The notes beneath the pieces were generated by a model. It saw only the letters and a list, made by a program, of their open reading frames with translations, was not told where the DNA came from and made no database searches. This document shows positions 29,365 to 40,825 of a stretch of 64,000 nucleotides of DNA, one piece after another (position 1 is the first letter of the stretch; the number at the start of each line of letters is the position of its first letter). The stretch comes from an uncultured cyanobacterium (lineage in GTDB: Bacteria > Cyanobacteriota > Cyanobacteriia > PCC-9006 > JAAUQQ01): contig OY970368.1 of the NCBI GenBank assembly GCA_963718615.1, forward strand, positions 1,504,001 to 1,568,000, written 5' to 3'. The position numbers were made by a program, and so were the translations under genes.

Positions 29365-30909
29365 TTAGGGGGGAGACGACTCCTGTAGAATTTGCCGGAC
29401 CACCGTCAGGGCCGAATAACTGACCCCCGCCGTGCCTTCGCCGGGATGGGTGGAATCGCCCACAAGCCAAAGGCCAGGAATTGGCGTGCGGTTGGCAAAG
29501 CCAAAGGGGCCGAAGTTAGAAAGCCGCTGACCAATGCCGCCGACAATCCCTTGATCGCGTGCGGTGTAATGGGCAAAGGTGCGAGGCGTTGCGGCTTCAC
29601 AAACGAGGATGTGTTGGGGCGAAAGATCAAAATAGCAGCTGAGACGGGCGATCGCCCCCTCTATATACCCCTGTTTCAAAGCCTGATAATCCGCCTCACT
29701 CCCCCGCCACCATTGCCGAATATCCGTAAACGACGAAGCAATAATCGTGGCCTTGCCCGCCGGTGCTCGCCCATCTCCAGGCTGGCTCACCGAGACAAAC
29801 AGAGAATTATTTTCGGCGATCGGCCCTTCATAATCGTAGAGAAACTGCAAATGGGGTGGACAATTTTGGGGAATGGCTGCCGCTTCCACCCCCAAATAAA
29901 TTACAAATGCGCCCGAGCCCTGGGGGAGCTTATCGACGCGATAGCGATAGCCCTGGATTAGCGCTTTTTCGATAGGACCTTGAGCGATCGCGTCATCCAG
30001 CAACGGGATCAAATTTTGCACCGGCACATTGGCGACGATATGGTCCGCCGCCACCCGTTGGACCTCCCCCGTTTTTTGATCGCGGACAGTTACGGCCTGA
30101 CGATGGATCCCTTCGACCCGCTGGCCGAGGTGGAGTTCACCCCCGTTTTGTTGAAGGGATTGGCAGAGGCGATCGCTCAACGCCTGCATACTGCCCTCCA
30201 GATGAAAAAGCCCCTGGGGCTCCTGGGAAACCGCCAGCGCCGTTGCCGCATAGAGCAACGCTGTTTCCTCCGCATCGACCTGAGAGTAGAGCTTGAGCTG
30301 AAGATCCAAAAATGTCCGCAATCGTCGGTCGTCCCCTAGACCCCACTGACGTAGGGCATCCCCCACGGTCGTCAGCAGGTAGGGCACCGTTTTAAACGTA
30401 TCGAACCGTAACGCTTTAGCGAGCTGGAGCAAATCCCAAGGGCTGCGGGGGGGCAGTATGGGGTCGCGGCTTTGGAAGGCCCAACTGGCTTGGAACAGCT
30501 CTTGTAGAAGTTGCCAGAAGGGTTCGCTGCCGGGGAAATGACGCGATCGCTCTGCTCGCCACCGTTCCGGATCCCGCCACACCGAAATCGGCTCCGACTC
30601 CCCCGGCAAAAACACCGCACAGGCCGGATCACAGGGCCGCGCCTGCGGCAGATCAATGCCCAACTCCGCAAAAATCCGCTGATGAATGCCCCCCGGCTCC
30701 AACCCCGCCACCTGGGTTGCCCCGACGTCAAACGTAAACCCCCGTCGCCGAAACGTGGAAGCACAGCCCCCCGGCACCCAAGCCTGCTCAAACACCTGCA
30801 CCCGATAGCCGTAATGGGCCAAGAGTGCCGCCGCCGTCAGGCCACCGATCCCTCCCCCGACTACAACGACCGAAGCGGAAAGCGATCCAGGAGTCGCAGC
30901 TAGAGACAT
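29365..30909 (-). CDS. crtD: Carotenoid C-3',4' desaturase
   Basis: GGGIGG, FDVGATQVAGLEPGGIH and GDSTHPGEGTAGVSYSA motifs. Confidence 0.9.
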   Translation of the reverse strand: MSLAATPGSLSASVVVVGGGIGGLTAAALLAHYGYRVQVFEQAWVPGGCASTFRRRGFTFDVGATQVAGLEPGGIHQRIFAELGIDLPQARPCDPACAVFLPGESEPISVWRDPERWRAERSRHFPGSEPFWQLLQELFQASWAFQSRDPILPPRSPWDLLQLAKALRFDTFKTVPYLLTTVGDALRQWGLGDDRRLRTFLDLQLKLYSQVDAEETALLYAATALAVSQEPQGLFHLEGSMQALSDRLCQSLQQNGGELHLGQRVEGIHRQAVTVRDQKTGEVQRVAADHIVANVPVQNLIPLLDDAIAQGPIEKALIQGYRYRVDKLPQGSGAFVIYLGVEAAAIPQNCPPHLQFLYDYEGPIAENNSLFVSVSQPGDGRAPAGKATIIASSFTDIRQWWRGSEADYQALKQGYIEGAIARLSCYFDLSPQHILVCEAATPRTFAHYTARDQGIVGGIGQRLSNFGPFGFANRTPIPGLWLVGDSTHPGEGTAGVSYSALTVVRQILQESSPP

Positions 30910-31077
30910 AGCGTTACATTTCTTAAAAATCCTTTGATTCCTAGTTTAGCGCTTGTTTGGGAAGGATTTGCTGAGGTTAGGACGGTCACAAAAATCGCCC
31001 AATCTCCCCAAGAATAGGGATCTGGCAGCAGAAGCATCTCTGCTAAAATAACGAGGTTGTTTAGGGCTGTATCACTT

Positions 31078-31581
31078 TTGAGTCGTTCGCTAGACCTTCC
31101 TAAAATTGATGAGTTGGCGCAAGAACTAGCTGCCATCCAGCAAACCGGATCCAAACGCATCGCCGTGCTGGGGTCGCGCCATGTGCCGATCACCCACCAG
31201 CAACTCATCGAAATGATGACCTATGCGCTCGTCTTGGGCGGCAATCGACTCATCACCTCGGGTGCTCAGGGAACCAATGCCGCAGCCATTCGGGGTGCGA
31301 TGCGGGCTGATCCGAACCTGTTGACCGTGATTTTGCCCCAAAGTCTCGATCGCCAACCGCGCGAATCTCGAGAGCAGTTGGAGCAGGTTATCCATCTGGT
31401 TGAAAATCCAAGCAATAACGAAATGTCCCTGGCGGAGGCCAGTTCTCTCTGCAATCAGGAAATTGTTTCCCGCTGTCAGCAGTTGATCTGTTTTGCGTTT
31501 CACGATAGCAAAACGCTCTTAGAAACAGCCCAGTTTGCCGAGGACCAGCGGCGGGTTGTGACGCTGTTTTATTTTGACTAG
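31078..31581 (+). CDS. DprA/Smf-like Rossmann-fold cyanobacterial protein
   Basis: QELAAIQQTGSKRIAVLGSRHVP and TSGAQGTNAAAIRG. Confidence 0.82.
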   Translation: MSRSLDLPKIDELAQELAAIQQTGSKRIAVLGSRHVPITHQQLIEMMTYALVLGGNRLITSGAQGTNAAAIRGAMRADPNLLTVILPQSLDRQPRESREQLEQVIHLVENPSNNEMSLAEASSLCNQEIVSRCQQLICFAFHDSKTLLETAQFAEDQRRVVTLFYFD

Positions 31582-31645
31582 TGTCTTCAATAGTCTGCTC
31601 AATTGCAGTAATGGCTTGACAATCTCATACTGACGACCTAACACC

Positions 31646-32134
31646 ATGGCAAGCTACTCTTTCGATGTGGTCAGCGATTTCGACTACCAAGAACTTGTGA
31701 ATGCCGTTGATCAATCCCGTCGGGAAATCCTCACGCGGTACGATCTAAAAGATACAAAGACCGAAATTGATCTGGAGCCGTCTAAGCTGACGATTCATAC
31801 CGATAGTGAGTTTACGCTCGATGCGATTCAAACGATTTTGCAAACCAAATCCGCTAAGCGAAATCTACCGTTAAAGATTTTTGACTATGGCAAAGTCGAA
31901 TCCGCCAGCGGGAATCGAGTTCGTCAAGAAATTATGCTAAAAAAAGGCATCGATCAGGAATTGGCAAAAAAGATGTCCAAGGCCATTCGAGACGAATTCA
32001 AAAAGCTCCAGGTTTCGATTCAAGGAGATGCATTACGAGTTAGCAGTAAATCTAAGGATGACCTGCAATATGTGATTCAATTTCTCAAGCAAGGGGACTG
32101 GCCGGTGGCGCTTCAGTTTACCAACTATCGTTAG
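31646..32134 (+). CDS. yajQ: YajQ family nucleotide-binding protein
   Basis: SFDVVS...ELVNAVDQ...IQGDALRV...LQFTNYR. Confidence 0.93.
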   Translation: MASYSFDVVSDFDYQELVNAVDQSRREILTRYDLKDTKTEIDLEPSKLTIHTDSEFTLDAIQTILQTKSAKRNLPLKIFDYGKVESASGNRVRQEIMLKKGIDQELAKKMSKAIRDEFKKLQVSIQGDALRVSSKSKDDLQYVIQFLKQGDWPVALQFTNYR

Positions 32135-32149
32135 GGTCGGCGATGAATT

Positions 32150-32731
32150 ATGACGCCTGCTGAGCTTACGCAGATTTTGACGGAACGCTTTGGAGAGACC
32201 GCTGTGGTCTTATCTCCCGAAGCTATTCAAATTGATACCCCCGAGTTTCGGCTGCTTGCACTGCTCTCGGAGGATCAGCAGTGGCTGCGGCTGTTGCTGC
32301 CGATTGTGCCCCTACAGGAAGCCGAGCCCTATCTCAAACAGGCACTTCAGGCTAACTTTGACGAGACGCAACTGGTTCGTTATGCCGTTGAGCAGGACAT
32401 TCTCTGGGCGGTGTACCATCACCATCTGGGGCGATTGGATCCGGAGGAGTTGGCGGTGGCGATCGCCCAGCTCCTAGCCCTCCAGCAAGCGGGCATCACC
32501 TCCTTGTTCAACCATCAGCTTGAAACCCAGCTCCGTCAAATCATCTGGGCCAGCAAACGTCAGGGTCAAACCCTCGCCACGACTCTTCAAACCTTGGAGC
32601 GCTTCTATGCAGAGGGCATGATGGGGGAGCTTGACCAATCCGCTGAATCTCGCGATCGCACCCTAGCAGCCTGGCGTAACCAGCTCAATCGCCTCTGGGA
32701 CACCATCGATCCTGCCGACCCGACTCCCTAG
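32150..32731 (+). CDS. Conserved cyanobacterial hypothetical protein (YbjN/chaperone-like)
   Basis: LSEDQQWLRLLLPI...ANFDETQLVRYA...RFYAEGMMG. Confidence 0.75.
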   Translation: MTPAELTQILTERFGETAVVLSPEAIQIDTPEFRLLALLSEDQQWLRLLLPIVPLQEAEPYLKQALQANFDETQLVRYAVEQDILWAVYHHHLGRLDPEELAVAIAQLLALQQAGITSLFNHQLETQLRQIIWASKRQGQTLATTLQTLERFYAEGMMGELDQSAESRDRTLAAWRNQLNRLWDTIDPADPTP

Positions 32732-32850
32732 GGCTTAGAGGAGGTAGGGATGACCGTCTGCACTCAGCCTCTAGAGCAAGCTACAATCAGCCCAAGACGA
32801 TGCTGGCACCCGCTGCAAGGCCGTCCTGCCCTCTAGAGAGACCACAATGC

Positions 32851-33171
32851 ATGGATAGCAATAACCTATTGCGACAGCTCATGATGATTGGCGTTGGCAC
32901 CACGTCCCTCGTCGCCGATAAGCTGCGCGAAGTCAGCGAAGAATGGGTCAATACCGGACGACTAGACCCGAACCAAGCCTCTGCGTTTGTGGATGATTTT
33001 CTCAAGCAATTTAAGGCCGATCCGGGCAATTTTGAAGCGCAGTTTCAGCGCCAACTGCAAAATCTACTCCAGGAGTTGGGGGTGCCTCGCCAGAACGAGA
33101 TGGACGAACTCCGAGGCCGTTTGGATCGCCTTGAACGCAAACTACGAGAATTGGAGAATCGCCACTGGTAA
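32851..33171 (+). CDS. Phasin-like protein
   Basis: LMMIGVGTTSLVADK...LGVPRQNEMDELRGRLDRLE. Confidence 0.8.
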   Translation: MDSNNLLRQLMMIGVGTTSLVADKLREVSEEWVNTGRLDPNQASAFVDDFLKQFKADPGNFEAQFQRQLQNLLQELGVPRQNEMDELRGRLDRLERKLRELENRHW

Positions 33172-33213
33172 ACTGGGGTGCAGTGAAATCAGTCACCCTG
33201 AGGAGCAATCCCT

Positions 33214-33798
33214 GTGCGCGAAATTTTTATCAGCTTGGGCGTGATGGTTGCCTGTTTGGCAATCTTTTTGGTGGCCCAGTTTAGTGGTCCGACCCCGAGT
33301 GCAACGGCGGCTCGTCTCGACGAAGCTGAAATGACCGCTGATCTTCTGGCTAGTATCCCTCGCGCTCAATCGATTAGCTTGGGCGTGCCAAAACCGGCTG
33401 AAGCAACCCTCTCTGATCCATCCATGTCTGAAGATTCTAATCCGATGTCCGAAAGCTTAACAACCACTCCCTCTGGCCTCCAGTATGAAGATCTAGTGGC
33501 AGGGGAAGGTGCATCGCCCCAAACCGGTCAGCGTGTGTCGGTTCATTACACCGGCACGTTGGAAGATGGGACGCAATTTGATAGCTCGCGCGATCGCAAC
33601 CGTCCCTTTGAATTCAAAATCGGCGTGGGCCAAGTCATCAAGGGCTGGGATGAAGGCGTGGCCTCGATGCAAGTGGGCGGTCGCCGTAAGCTATTGATTC
33701 CGCCGGATCTGGCCTATGGCGAACGGGGTGCCGGGGGGGTAATTCCCCCCAATGCCACACTGATTTTTGATGTTGAACTGTTGCGGATTGCGGGTTAG
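33214..33798 (+). CDS. FKBP-type peptidyl-prolyl isomerase
   Basis: [24 protein letters not shown] and [13 protein letters not shown] motifs. Confidence 0.95.
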   Translation: MREIFISLGVMVACLAIFLVAQFSGPTPSATAARLDEAEMTADLLASIPRAQSISLGVPKPAEATLSDPSMSEDSNPMSESLTTTPSGLQYEDLVAGEGASPQTGQRVSVHYTGTLEDGTQFDSSRDRNRPFEFKIGVGQVIKGWDEGVASMQVGGRRKLLIPPDLAYGERGAGGVIPPNATLIFDVELLRIAG

Positions 33799-33807
33799 GA
33801 GCACTAG

Positions 33808-34872
33808 TTAGCGATAGGCAGCCAGGGCCACGCGCAGCCGATCCACTTCAAAGCTCCGGGGATCAAAGCGATCGCCGGAGCGATCAATGGCCTGGTGGGT
33901 CGTAATCCGATCTAGGGACACGCGACTCTGGCCGATGAGCCAAGCCAGAGAATCATACTGGGCCTGGGTATAGCCGCTGTGGATGGGTTCGTCGCCATAA
34001 CCATCCGGTGGGCTTTCTAGGGAAATGTGATAGGCAAAGTTATTTACCGACGGCGGCAGTTTGGGGTGGGTTTTGACCGTTTCCGCTTGACCATCGACAC
34101 CAACAAAGATGGAGTTTCCTGCGCCGTAGGCCCGCTTTTCGGGTGGCACCAAATAGACCACTGTGCCATTGCGCCGAATCAGCGTGTGATAGCTAGCCTG
34201 GTCTTCGTCGTTGGGATGGGGCGTCTGGAAAAAGGCGATGGCTGAATCCGCCGAGGAAACGGTTTCATGCAAAACAATAATGGGCAGATGATTCGCGGGC
34301 TTTTGGTCGATATCCTTAGCGAAGCGATCGCCATAGTTCGTCGGATCAGCCCAGGCAATTTCATAGGCAGGCTGTCGGCTGGCTAACCCAACCTTGCCTG
34401 TCGTATTCACATTCGTCACGGGAGCCATACTCTGGGCAACGGGGTCATCGGTGACGGAGCGGACTGGTAACGCCGGGTTATTGATCGAGGCGCTGGACTG
34501 ACTAGGGCTGGACTGACTGGAGCTGGCCTGCGGAGTTGATGGGGAGAGTGCCGCCGGGGGGGTGGGAGGAACAGTTGATGCCGGCAAAGGGACCTGACCC
34601 ACAACCGACTTCGACCGCTGTTCAAAGCGATCAATCCCGGTCTTCGGTGTTGAGGCCGAAGGGGGCACAGCCTTGGAATTGGAAGGTATTGCTGCTGCCG
34701 GACTTGCCGCTGCCGGAGGAGAAGCAGAGACTAAAGCGGGTATTTCCTGTGCGTCTCCCGTTTGGGCGATCGCCCCCGGCAGCAGTTTGATCGCAAAAAA
34801 ACTACAAAACCCAAAGAGAAAACACCCAATCAGGACCAGGTAGGTTGTCGGGTTGCGGAGATCCAGTCTCAT
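33808..34872 (-). CDS. N-acetylmuramoyl-L-alanine amidase (Amidase_2)
   Basis: IVLHET, ASYH, RAYGAG, HISLE and ITTH...DP motifs; N-terminal TM helix. Confidence 0.88.
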   Translation of the reverse strand: MRLDLRNPTTYLVLIGCFLFGFCSFFAIKLLPGAIAQTGDAQEIPALVSASPPAAASPAAAIPSNSKAVPPSASTPKTGIDRFEQRSKSVVGQVPLPASTVPPTPPAALSPSTPQASSSQSSPSQSSASINNPALPVRSVTDDPVAQSMAPVTNVNTTGKVGLASRQPAYEIAWADPTNYGDRFAKDIDQKPANHLPIIVLHETVSSADSAIAFFQTPHPNDEDQASYHTLIRRNGTVVYLVPPEKRAYGAGNSIFVGVDGQAETVKTHPKLPPSVNNFAYHISLESPPDGYGDEPIHSGYTQAQYDSLAWLIGQSRVSLDRITTHQAIDRSGDRFDPRSFEVDRLRVALAAYR

Positions 34873-35062
34873 AGGGGGGCGGGAAAGGAAGATGAGAGAA
34901 ACAATTGAGCCTTAAGTCAACCAGCACATGAACCAGCACATGAACCAGCTATCAGTCCACCAGTTATGCCCTACACCGTAACGGATCCTTGAGAACTTAT
35001 TTGTTCGGTTCAAGACACAACATCCATCACCGTCTCGTTGCTCACCGGGTAATCCTGGCGGG

Positions 35063-36799
35063 TTAAGCCCCTGATTGCGGATGGAATCGGTAAACTAGCT
35101 GGGTTTCCCAAGGCTCAAGGGAGCCGTCGACGAGTTGGCTCAAGGGATAAGCACGACGGTCGAGTTTCATTTGTAACCCAACAAACGAATCCGTGCCATC
35201 GGAGACAAGCAGCTCAAGCTGTTTAATTTCACTCCAGGTACTCAGGTCTTGGAGGAGCCGCTGCATGGCCTGGTAGGTTGCCGCATCGGGTTGACGGTAC
35301 CAGTCGGCGGGTGCGCCGTCGAAATGGGTGAAGCCTATCTGCACAATGAGCGATCGCCCCCCAAAGACCGCGATCGCCACGGGACGAGGCTCTTCTTGCA
35401 AATCAAACCCCTGCTGCTGCACCCAGCCCCGCAGTTTTTCCAACCGTTGGTAGCGCTGTTGCAGCGTCAGCGGTTCGTCGTTCCACTGGATCGCCAGGGT
35501 CGTCAAGAACGTGCGCAGGAACAAATGGCCCAGCTTTTCAGCCTTCGTCGCCAAATACTGGGAGTTAAATTCCGTCGCTTCAATCAACAGCGGCACGCGA
35601 TCAACCACTTCCAGGCCATAGCCCTTGAGTCCGGCGATTTTACGGGGATTATTGGTAATCAGCCGAATTTTGTGGATCCCCAGGTCATTGAGAATCTGAG
35701 CCCCAACGCCGTAGTTGCGCAGATCCGCCGGGAAACCCAGGCGCTCATTGGCTTCGACGGTATCTAGACCCAAATCCTGAAGGGAATAGGCTTTGAGCTT
35801 ATTAATCAGGCCAATGCCTCGACCTTCCTGCCGCAGATAGACCACAACCCCCTGGTCCGCATTTTCGATCATCTTGAGCGCCGCCTGGAGCTGCATCCGG
35901 CAGTCGCAGCGCAGCGACCCCAGGGCATCCCCGGTCAAACATTCCGAGTGCATCCGCACCATCACCGGTTCCTGGGTAAACCGCTGGGGATCGCCCTTGA
36001 CGATGGCCACATGCTCCGAGTTATCCAGGGTATTGCGATAGGCATAAATCTGGAATCGGCCAAATTCACTAGGCAAATTCGTGACGGTTTCTCGGACGAC
36101 AAACCGTTCATTTTGTAGCCGATAACTAATCAGATCCGCAATGCTAATCAGCTTCAATTTGTGCTCACGGGCATAGCTGACCAATTGGGGTAACCGCGCC
36201 ATCGAGCCATCAAAATTTTGAATTTCGCAAATCACCCCCGCCGGATAAAGTCCGGCCAAGCTCACCAGATCGACCGCTGCTTCGGTATGGCCTGCCCGTT
36301 GCAAAACGCCGCCAGACTTGGCCCGTAATGGGAAAATATGGCCGGGGCGGCGTAAATCCGCAGGTTTGGTTTGGGGATTGATGATGGCCTGGATGGTGCG
36401 AGCGCGGTCTTCGGCAGAAATACCTGTGGTGACTCCTAACTGAGGCGAGGCATCCACACTGACGGTAAACGCAGTTTGGTTGCTGTCGGTGTTTTTGTTC
36501 ACCATCAGCGGTAAATCGAGCTCGTCGAGGCGATCGCCCGTTGCCGCCAAACAAATCAACCCCCTGGCTTCCACCGCCATAAAGTTAATCATGTCGGGGG
36601 TGGCAAACTGGGCTGCACCGATCAGATCGCCCTCGTTTTCACGACCTTCATCATCAACCACCACGATGGCCCGACCCGCCTTTAAATCCAGCAGAGCCGC
36701 TTCAATGGGGTCAAACTGAAACTCTGGCAGCGCTTCCGCTTGGGGATCCAGGTCAGGATTGAATGAAGGGTTGGCGTTGGTAGAAGATGAAGCGTTCAA
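35063..36799 (-). CDS. ribBA: Bifunctional DHBP synthase / GTP cyclohydrolase II
   Basis: [28 protein letters not shown]...RCDC and QEGRGIG motifs; start uncertain (TTG 36799). Confidence 0.95.
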   Translation of the reverse strand: MNASSSTNANPSFNPDLDPQAEALPEFQFDPIEAALLDLKAGRAIVVVDDEGRENEGDLIGAAQFATPDMINFMAVEARGLICLAATGDRLDELDLPLMVNKNTDSNQTAFTVSVDASPQLGVTTGISAEDRARTIQAIINPQTKPADLRRPGHIFPLRAKSGGVLQRAGHTEAAVDLVSLAGLYPAGVICEIQNFDGSMARLPQLVSYAREHKLKLISIADLISYRLQNERFVVRETVTNLPSEFGRFQIYAYRNTLDNSEHVAIVKGDPQRFTQEPVMVRMHSECLTGDALGSLRCDCRMQLQAALKMIENADQGVVVYLRQEGRGIGLINKLKAYSLQDLGLDTVEANERLGFPADLRNYGVGAQILNDLGIHKIRLITNNPRKIAGLKGYGLEVVDRVPLLIEATEFNSQYLATKAEKLGHLFLRTFLTTLAIQWNDEPLTLQQRYQRLEKLRGWVQQQGFDLQEEPRPVAIAVFGGRSLIVQIGFTHFDGAPADWYRQPDAATYQAMQRLLQDLSTWSEIKQLELLVSDGTDSFVGLQMKLDRRAYPLSQLVDGSLEPWETQLVYRFHPQSGA

Positions 36800-37104
36800 A
36801 GACAATAACCTTGGCGACAAACTGAAGAACAAAGGACAAAAACAAAAAAGGCATTTTTTCTTCTCTTGGCTATCAAATCCAAGGAGAGGGATCAAAGGCC
36901 CTGTCTTGATTGTATCTGCTTTAGCAAAACCCATTCTGGTGTTGGGCCTGTTGACCGGCTAACTTGCAGCATTCTTCTCCTAAATCTAAGTCCTCCCTTC
37001 CTGGAACCGCCCAAGCGTGAATCTGCCTCACCCCCGTAGCAAGCAATACCTTGCCAAGTGAGTTTCCTCCAAATAATGGAGATAACGTCCTAAGGTAAAG
37101 TGCC

Positions 37105-38832
37105 ATGCCTCGCATTGTCATCTGTGGGCTAGGCCAAACGGGCCAGAGAATTTTTTCGCTGCTGTATCACCAGGGAGCAGATGTCGTCGGAATTCATCCG
37201 GAACGGCTCAGCACGGGTCCCCTCGCGATGGGGCCGATGGCTGAGCGCCTGATTGTGGGGGATGGACGACTAACGGCAACGCTGTTGCAAGCGGGGATTC
37301 GCGAGGCTCAGGTACTGATTTTAGCCAGCAGTGACGATACGTTGAATTTGGCGGTTTTGGTTCAAGCGCGGGTGCTCAACGCTCGGTTATGCATTATTAA
37401 CCGTCTGTTTAATACCAGTTTGGGGGAACGACTCGATCGCACGTTGGTCAATCATGTTTCCATGAGCGTGTCGGCCCTGTCCGCCCCCATTTTTACGTTT
37501 GCGGCGTTGGGGAGTCAGGCGATCGGCCAACTCCAACTTTTCGGTCAGACCTGGCCAATCTATGAAGAACACATTGATGACCATCATCCCTGGCTAGGGC
37601 GTCTCCTGAGTGATCTTTGGGACGATCGCGATCGCATGCTGATCTATCACCGCCTCCAGGGAGAAGCCACGGGCTTGGTGCAGGGATTGTTTGATGCCCG
37701 TTGCTTGCAGGTGGGCGATCGCCTCGTCGTGGCCACCCGGCCCAGTGTCTTTCGCCGTCGCAATTCTTTCAAACGCCTAGCGACTCGATGCATCAATGGG
37801 TTACGTCGGTTTCAGCAGTATGGGCGATCGACTCTTTTGGTGACCTTACTGTTGTTGAGCGCGGTGGCGATCGCCACACTCACCTACATTTCCGACAATG
37901 CCCCCACCTCCATGATTGATGCGCTCTATTTTGCCGTGGGTATGATTACCGGCGCGGGGGGCAATGAGTTTGTCGTGGAAGGGGCTCCAGCCTGGGTCAA
38001 GCTCTTTACGGTGCTGATGATGCTGGTGGGGGCAGCAATCATTGGTATTTTCTACGCCCTGTTGAATGATTTCATCCTCGGCAGCCGCTTTCGGCAGCTC
38101 TGGCAAGTGGCCCAAGTCCCGGCGCGCCACCATTACATCGTCTGCGGTATGGGCGGCGTTGGGATTCAAATCACGCGCCAACTGCGGGCCAATGGCCATG
38201 ATGTCGTGGTGATTGAACAGGACCTCCACAATCGCTTTTTGGGAACGGCTCAATCGCTCAAAGTGCCTGTGATCCACGCCGACGCCACCCTGGCCAATAG
38301 CCTTCAGGCCGCCAACCTCAGTCGAGCCGCAGCGCTGTTGGCTGTCACCAGCCAGGACCTCACCAATATTGAAATTGCCCTGACGGCCAAGGGTCTTGCG
38401 CCCCGTTTACCGGTGATTGTCCGCTCCTACGACCCCGAGTTCGCGCGCAAAGCCCCCCAAGTTTTTGAGTTTGATGCGGTCTTGAGTCCGGCAGAATTGG
38501 CAGCGCCTTCCTTTGCGGCGGCGGCCTTGGGCGGTCGAGTTTTGGGAAATGGCACGATCGCCGGTAGTCTTTGGGTTGCCCTGGCAACCTTGATCACACC
38601 TCACCACCCCCTCTGCGGACAATCGGTGAAGCAGGCAGCGATCGCCACCGACTTTGTCCCGCTTTATCTAGAGGCCCCTGAGCACACCTCCCATGGCTGG
38701 GAATTATTAGATACGACCCTCCAGGCAGGCCACGTACTTTATTTGACCTTGCCTGCCCACCGGCTCGAACGCCTCTGGCAACCGACGGCTCAGACCTTCA
38801 TTGACGCTTTTCCATCCTCCATGACATTCTGA
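37105..38832 (+). CDS. Potassium channel-like protein with two TrkA-N domains
   Basis: ICGLGQTG and VCGMGGVG motifs; TM segments with ALYFAVGMITGAGG. Confidence 0.87.
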   Translation: MPRIVICGLGQTGQRIFSLLYHQGADVVGIHPERLSTGPLAMGPMAERLIVGDGRLTATLLQAGIREAQVLILASSDDTLNLAVLVQARVLNARLCIINRLFNTSLGERLDRTLVNHVSMSVSALSAPIFTFAALGSQAIGQLQLFGQTWPIYEEHIDDHHPWLGRLLSDLWDDRDRMLIYHRLQGEATGLVQGLFDARCLQVGDRLVVATRPSVFRRRNSFKRLATRCINGLRRFQQYGRSTLLVTLLLLSAVAIATLTYISDNAPTSMIDALYFAVGMITGAGGNEFVVEGAPAWVKLFTVLMMLVGAAIIGIFYALLNDFILGSRFRQLWQVAQVPARHHYIVCGMGGVGIQITRQLRANGHDVVVIEQDLHNRFLGTAQSLKVPVIHADATLANSLQAANLSRAAALLAVTSQDLTNIEIALTAKGLAPRLPVIVRSYDPEFARKAPQVFEFDAVLSPAELAAPSFAAAALGGRVLGNGTIAGSLWVALATLITPHHPLCGQSVKQAAIATDFVPLYLEAPEHTSHGWELLDTTLQAGHVLYLTLPAHRLERLWQPTAQTFIDAFPSSMTF

Positions 38833-38913
38833 ATGGGCAACGCTCAGATGGCCTCAGCTTTCCCAACTGGTTTCCCAACTGGGATCTAACCGTCTGCTCA
38901 CATTTCCCTTCCT

Positions 38914-39357
38914 ATGGCACGAGGACTGGTTTGGCTACCCCTATTGGCTCTTTTCATCGGTCTCGCCTGGGCGGGATGGAATGAGTTCCGCAAGGTCGAA
39001 GCCTTTCGGGCTTGGGCGGCTTCGTTTGAAGCGGCCAAGTATGACCTATACTCCGTCCTTGGGCTCACGCCCGATCACCTAGTCGTGGGCAAACCAACCC
39101 GTCAGGGACCCATCGACCTAGAGACGATCGCCTTGGCCCAAATCCAGGGGGTTTATCTGCGTTTGGACGGCCAGCGTCAGCCAGACGCCGCCGTTGATCC
39201 CGCAGTGAAGACCGCAGTTGATGGGAATGAGCGCGCACGCTGTATTGAGCTGTGCTTAGAGTTAGGCGATCGCATCAAACCCATCCGCTTTACCGAGGTC
39301 GATCGGGCTCGGGCGTGGACTGCAAAATTGCTGTCGATCCAGGGAGAGCTTCGCTAG
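38914..39357 (+). CDS. Conserved cyanobacterial protein upstream of ftsQ
   Basis: RGLVWLPLL...LAWAGWNEFRKVE...AKYDLYSVLG. Confidence 0.8.
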   Translation: MARGLVWLPLLALFIGLAWAGWNEFRKVEAFRAWAASFEAAKYDLYSVLGLTPDHLVVGKPTRQGPIDLETIALAQIQGVYLRLDGQRQPDAAVDPAVKTAVDGNERARCIELCLELGDRIKPIRFTEVDRARAWTAKLLSIQGELR

Positions 39358-39422
39358 ATGATCCCTCCGGAGCGTCAAAGGATGTTGATTTCTGCTTGGG
39401 TTCCCTTAACCGTAGAAGACTG

Positions 39423-40595
39423 ATGCCCAAAAGGTCCTCCCCTCCTCCATCCACCGCTCGGCCTCCCCGAGCCAATCGTGCCGAACGGGTTGCCCGCCTC
39501 GCCAAAAGTCGTGCGGCCCGTTCAGGAGCTCGTTCAGGGACAGAAATTCCTGCAACCCAGCCGCGACGTCGCCGCCCCGCTTCGCCTCCTCGGTCCGTGT
39601 CTCGCAGCGATTTAAGCCAGCGTCGCCAAACCCTGCGCCGTAAGCGGGGGGTCAATCATCTCAAGCAGCTCTGGCGACTCGCCTTTGTGGGGGCCGCCGC
39701 CGTTGGCCTAGGCTGGCTCATGACCCAACCCATTTGGGTTCTCAGCAGTCCTGAGCAAATTCATTTCAAGGGCAATGTCACGGCCAGCGAAGCCGCCCTG
39801 CGGGCGCTAGTTCCCATTGATTACCCCCAATCTTTGCTCAAACTTGAACCTCGGCAGTTAGAAACCGACCTGTTGGCCAAGGCTCCCCTGCAATCGGCAC
39901 AGATTTCTCGACAGATATTCCCACCGGGTCTACAAATTCAGGTCCAAGAACGGCATCCGGTGGCGATCGCCGAACTCATGGACCCCCTGCCTGTCACTGA
40001 ATCAGTCGCCACGAGCGACGCATCTACCAGAAACGCATCTACTCCCAGCAACGCATCGACCAGCGGCGCATCCGCCCCGGAAAAACCAGCAGTGAGTGCC
40101 GACCGTACTCCAGCTGTCCCCCCTAGCCCTGCCCCCACCCGCCCCACCCAAGTTCTCTTAGATGAAACAGGAGAATGGGTTCCACTCGATCACTACCAGG
40201 CCCAAGGACAATTGTTCCAGTTGCCCAAGCTCAAGGTCTTGGGGATGCGGGCTGAATATCGCCAAGCTTGGTCGGAGCTGTATCAAGTGATTCGCCAAAG
40301 CCCCATTCAAGTCTCAGAAATTGATTGGCGTAATCCTTCCAATATCAAACTCAAAACCGATCTGGGGGAAGTCCATGTTGGGCCTTACAGTCCCCAGTTT
40401 GCGCAACAACTAGAAGTCCTCGATCGCATGCGACACTTGGCCAACCACCAAGAAGCTAATCGGGTTGAATTCATTGACTTGCGCATTCCGTCTGTGCCAA
40501 GACTCACGATGAAATCGGAATTGCGCAACCCTTCTCCAGAAATTGCCCCAGACCAATCCTCCGAAGCCCCTCCAACTATTACCTCAGAGGAATGA
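39423..40595 (+). CDS. ftsQ: Cell division protein FtsQ/DivIB
   Basis: Basic N-tail, TM helix, POTRA-like YPQSLL...VQERHPVA, C-terminal IDLR; directly upstream of ftsZ. Confidence 0.88.
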   Translation: MPKRSSPPPSTARPPRANRAERVARLAKSRAARSGARSGTEIPATQPRRRRPASPPRSVSRSDLSQRRQTLRRKRGVNHLKQLWRLAFVGAAAVGLGWLMTQPIWVLSSPEQIHFKGNVTASEAALRALVPIDYPQSLLKLEPRQLETDLLAKAPLQSAQISRQIFPPGLQIQVQERHPVAIAELMDPLPVTESVATSDASTRNASTPSNASTSGASAPEKPAVSADRTPAVPPSPAPTRPTQVLLDETGEWVPLDHYQAQGQLFQLPKLKVLGMRAEYRQAWSELYQVIRQSPIQVSEIDWRNPSNIKLKTDLGEVHVGPYSPQFAQQLEVLDRMRHLANHQEANRVEFIDLRIPSVPRLTMKSELRNPSPEIAPDQSSEAPPTITSEE

Positions 40596-40825
40596 AGCCT
40601 GGAAAGGAATGAAGCCTGGGATACAAATGTCATCTTTACTTTTGAAATAGAAGATGTCAAAAAATACCGGAATGAATTCAGCATTTAGGCTGATTTCGCC
40701 GACTTTAGAGAGGCTCAATACCAAACCCGTCATTGGTTTTTCAGGCGATTTACCCTATAGTTGACTAGGATTACACGACATAGCGTTAGAATAGCGATTC
40801 ATAATGTAGAGGCCCCTCCCTCAAG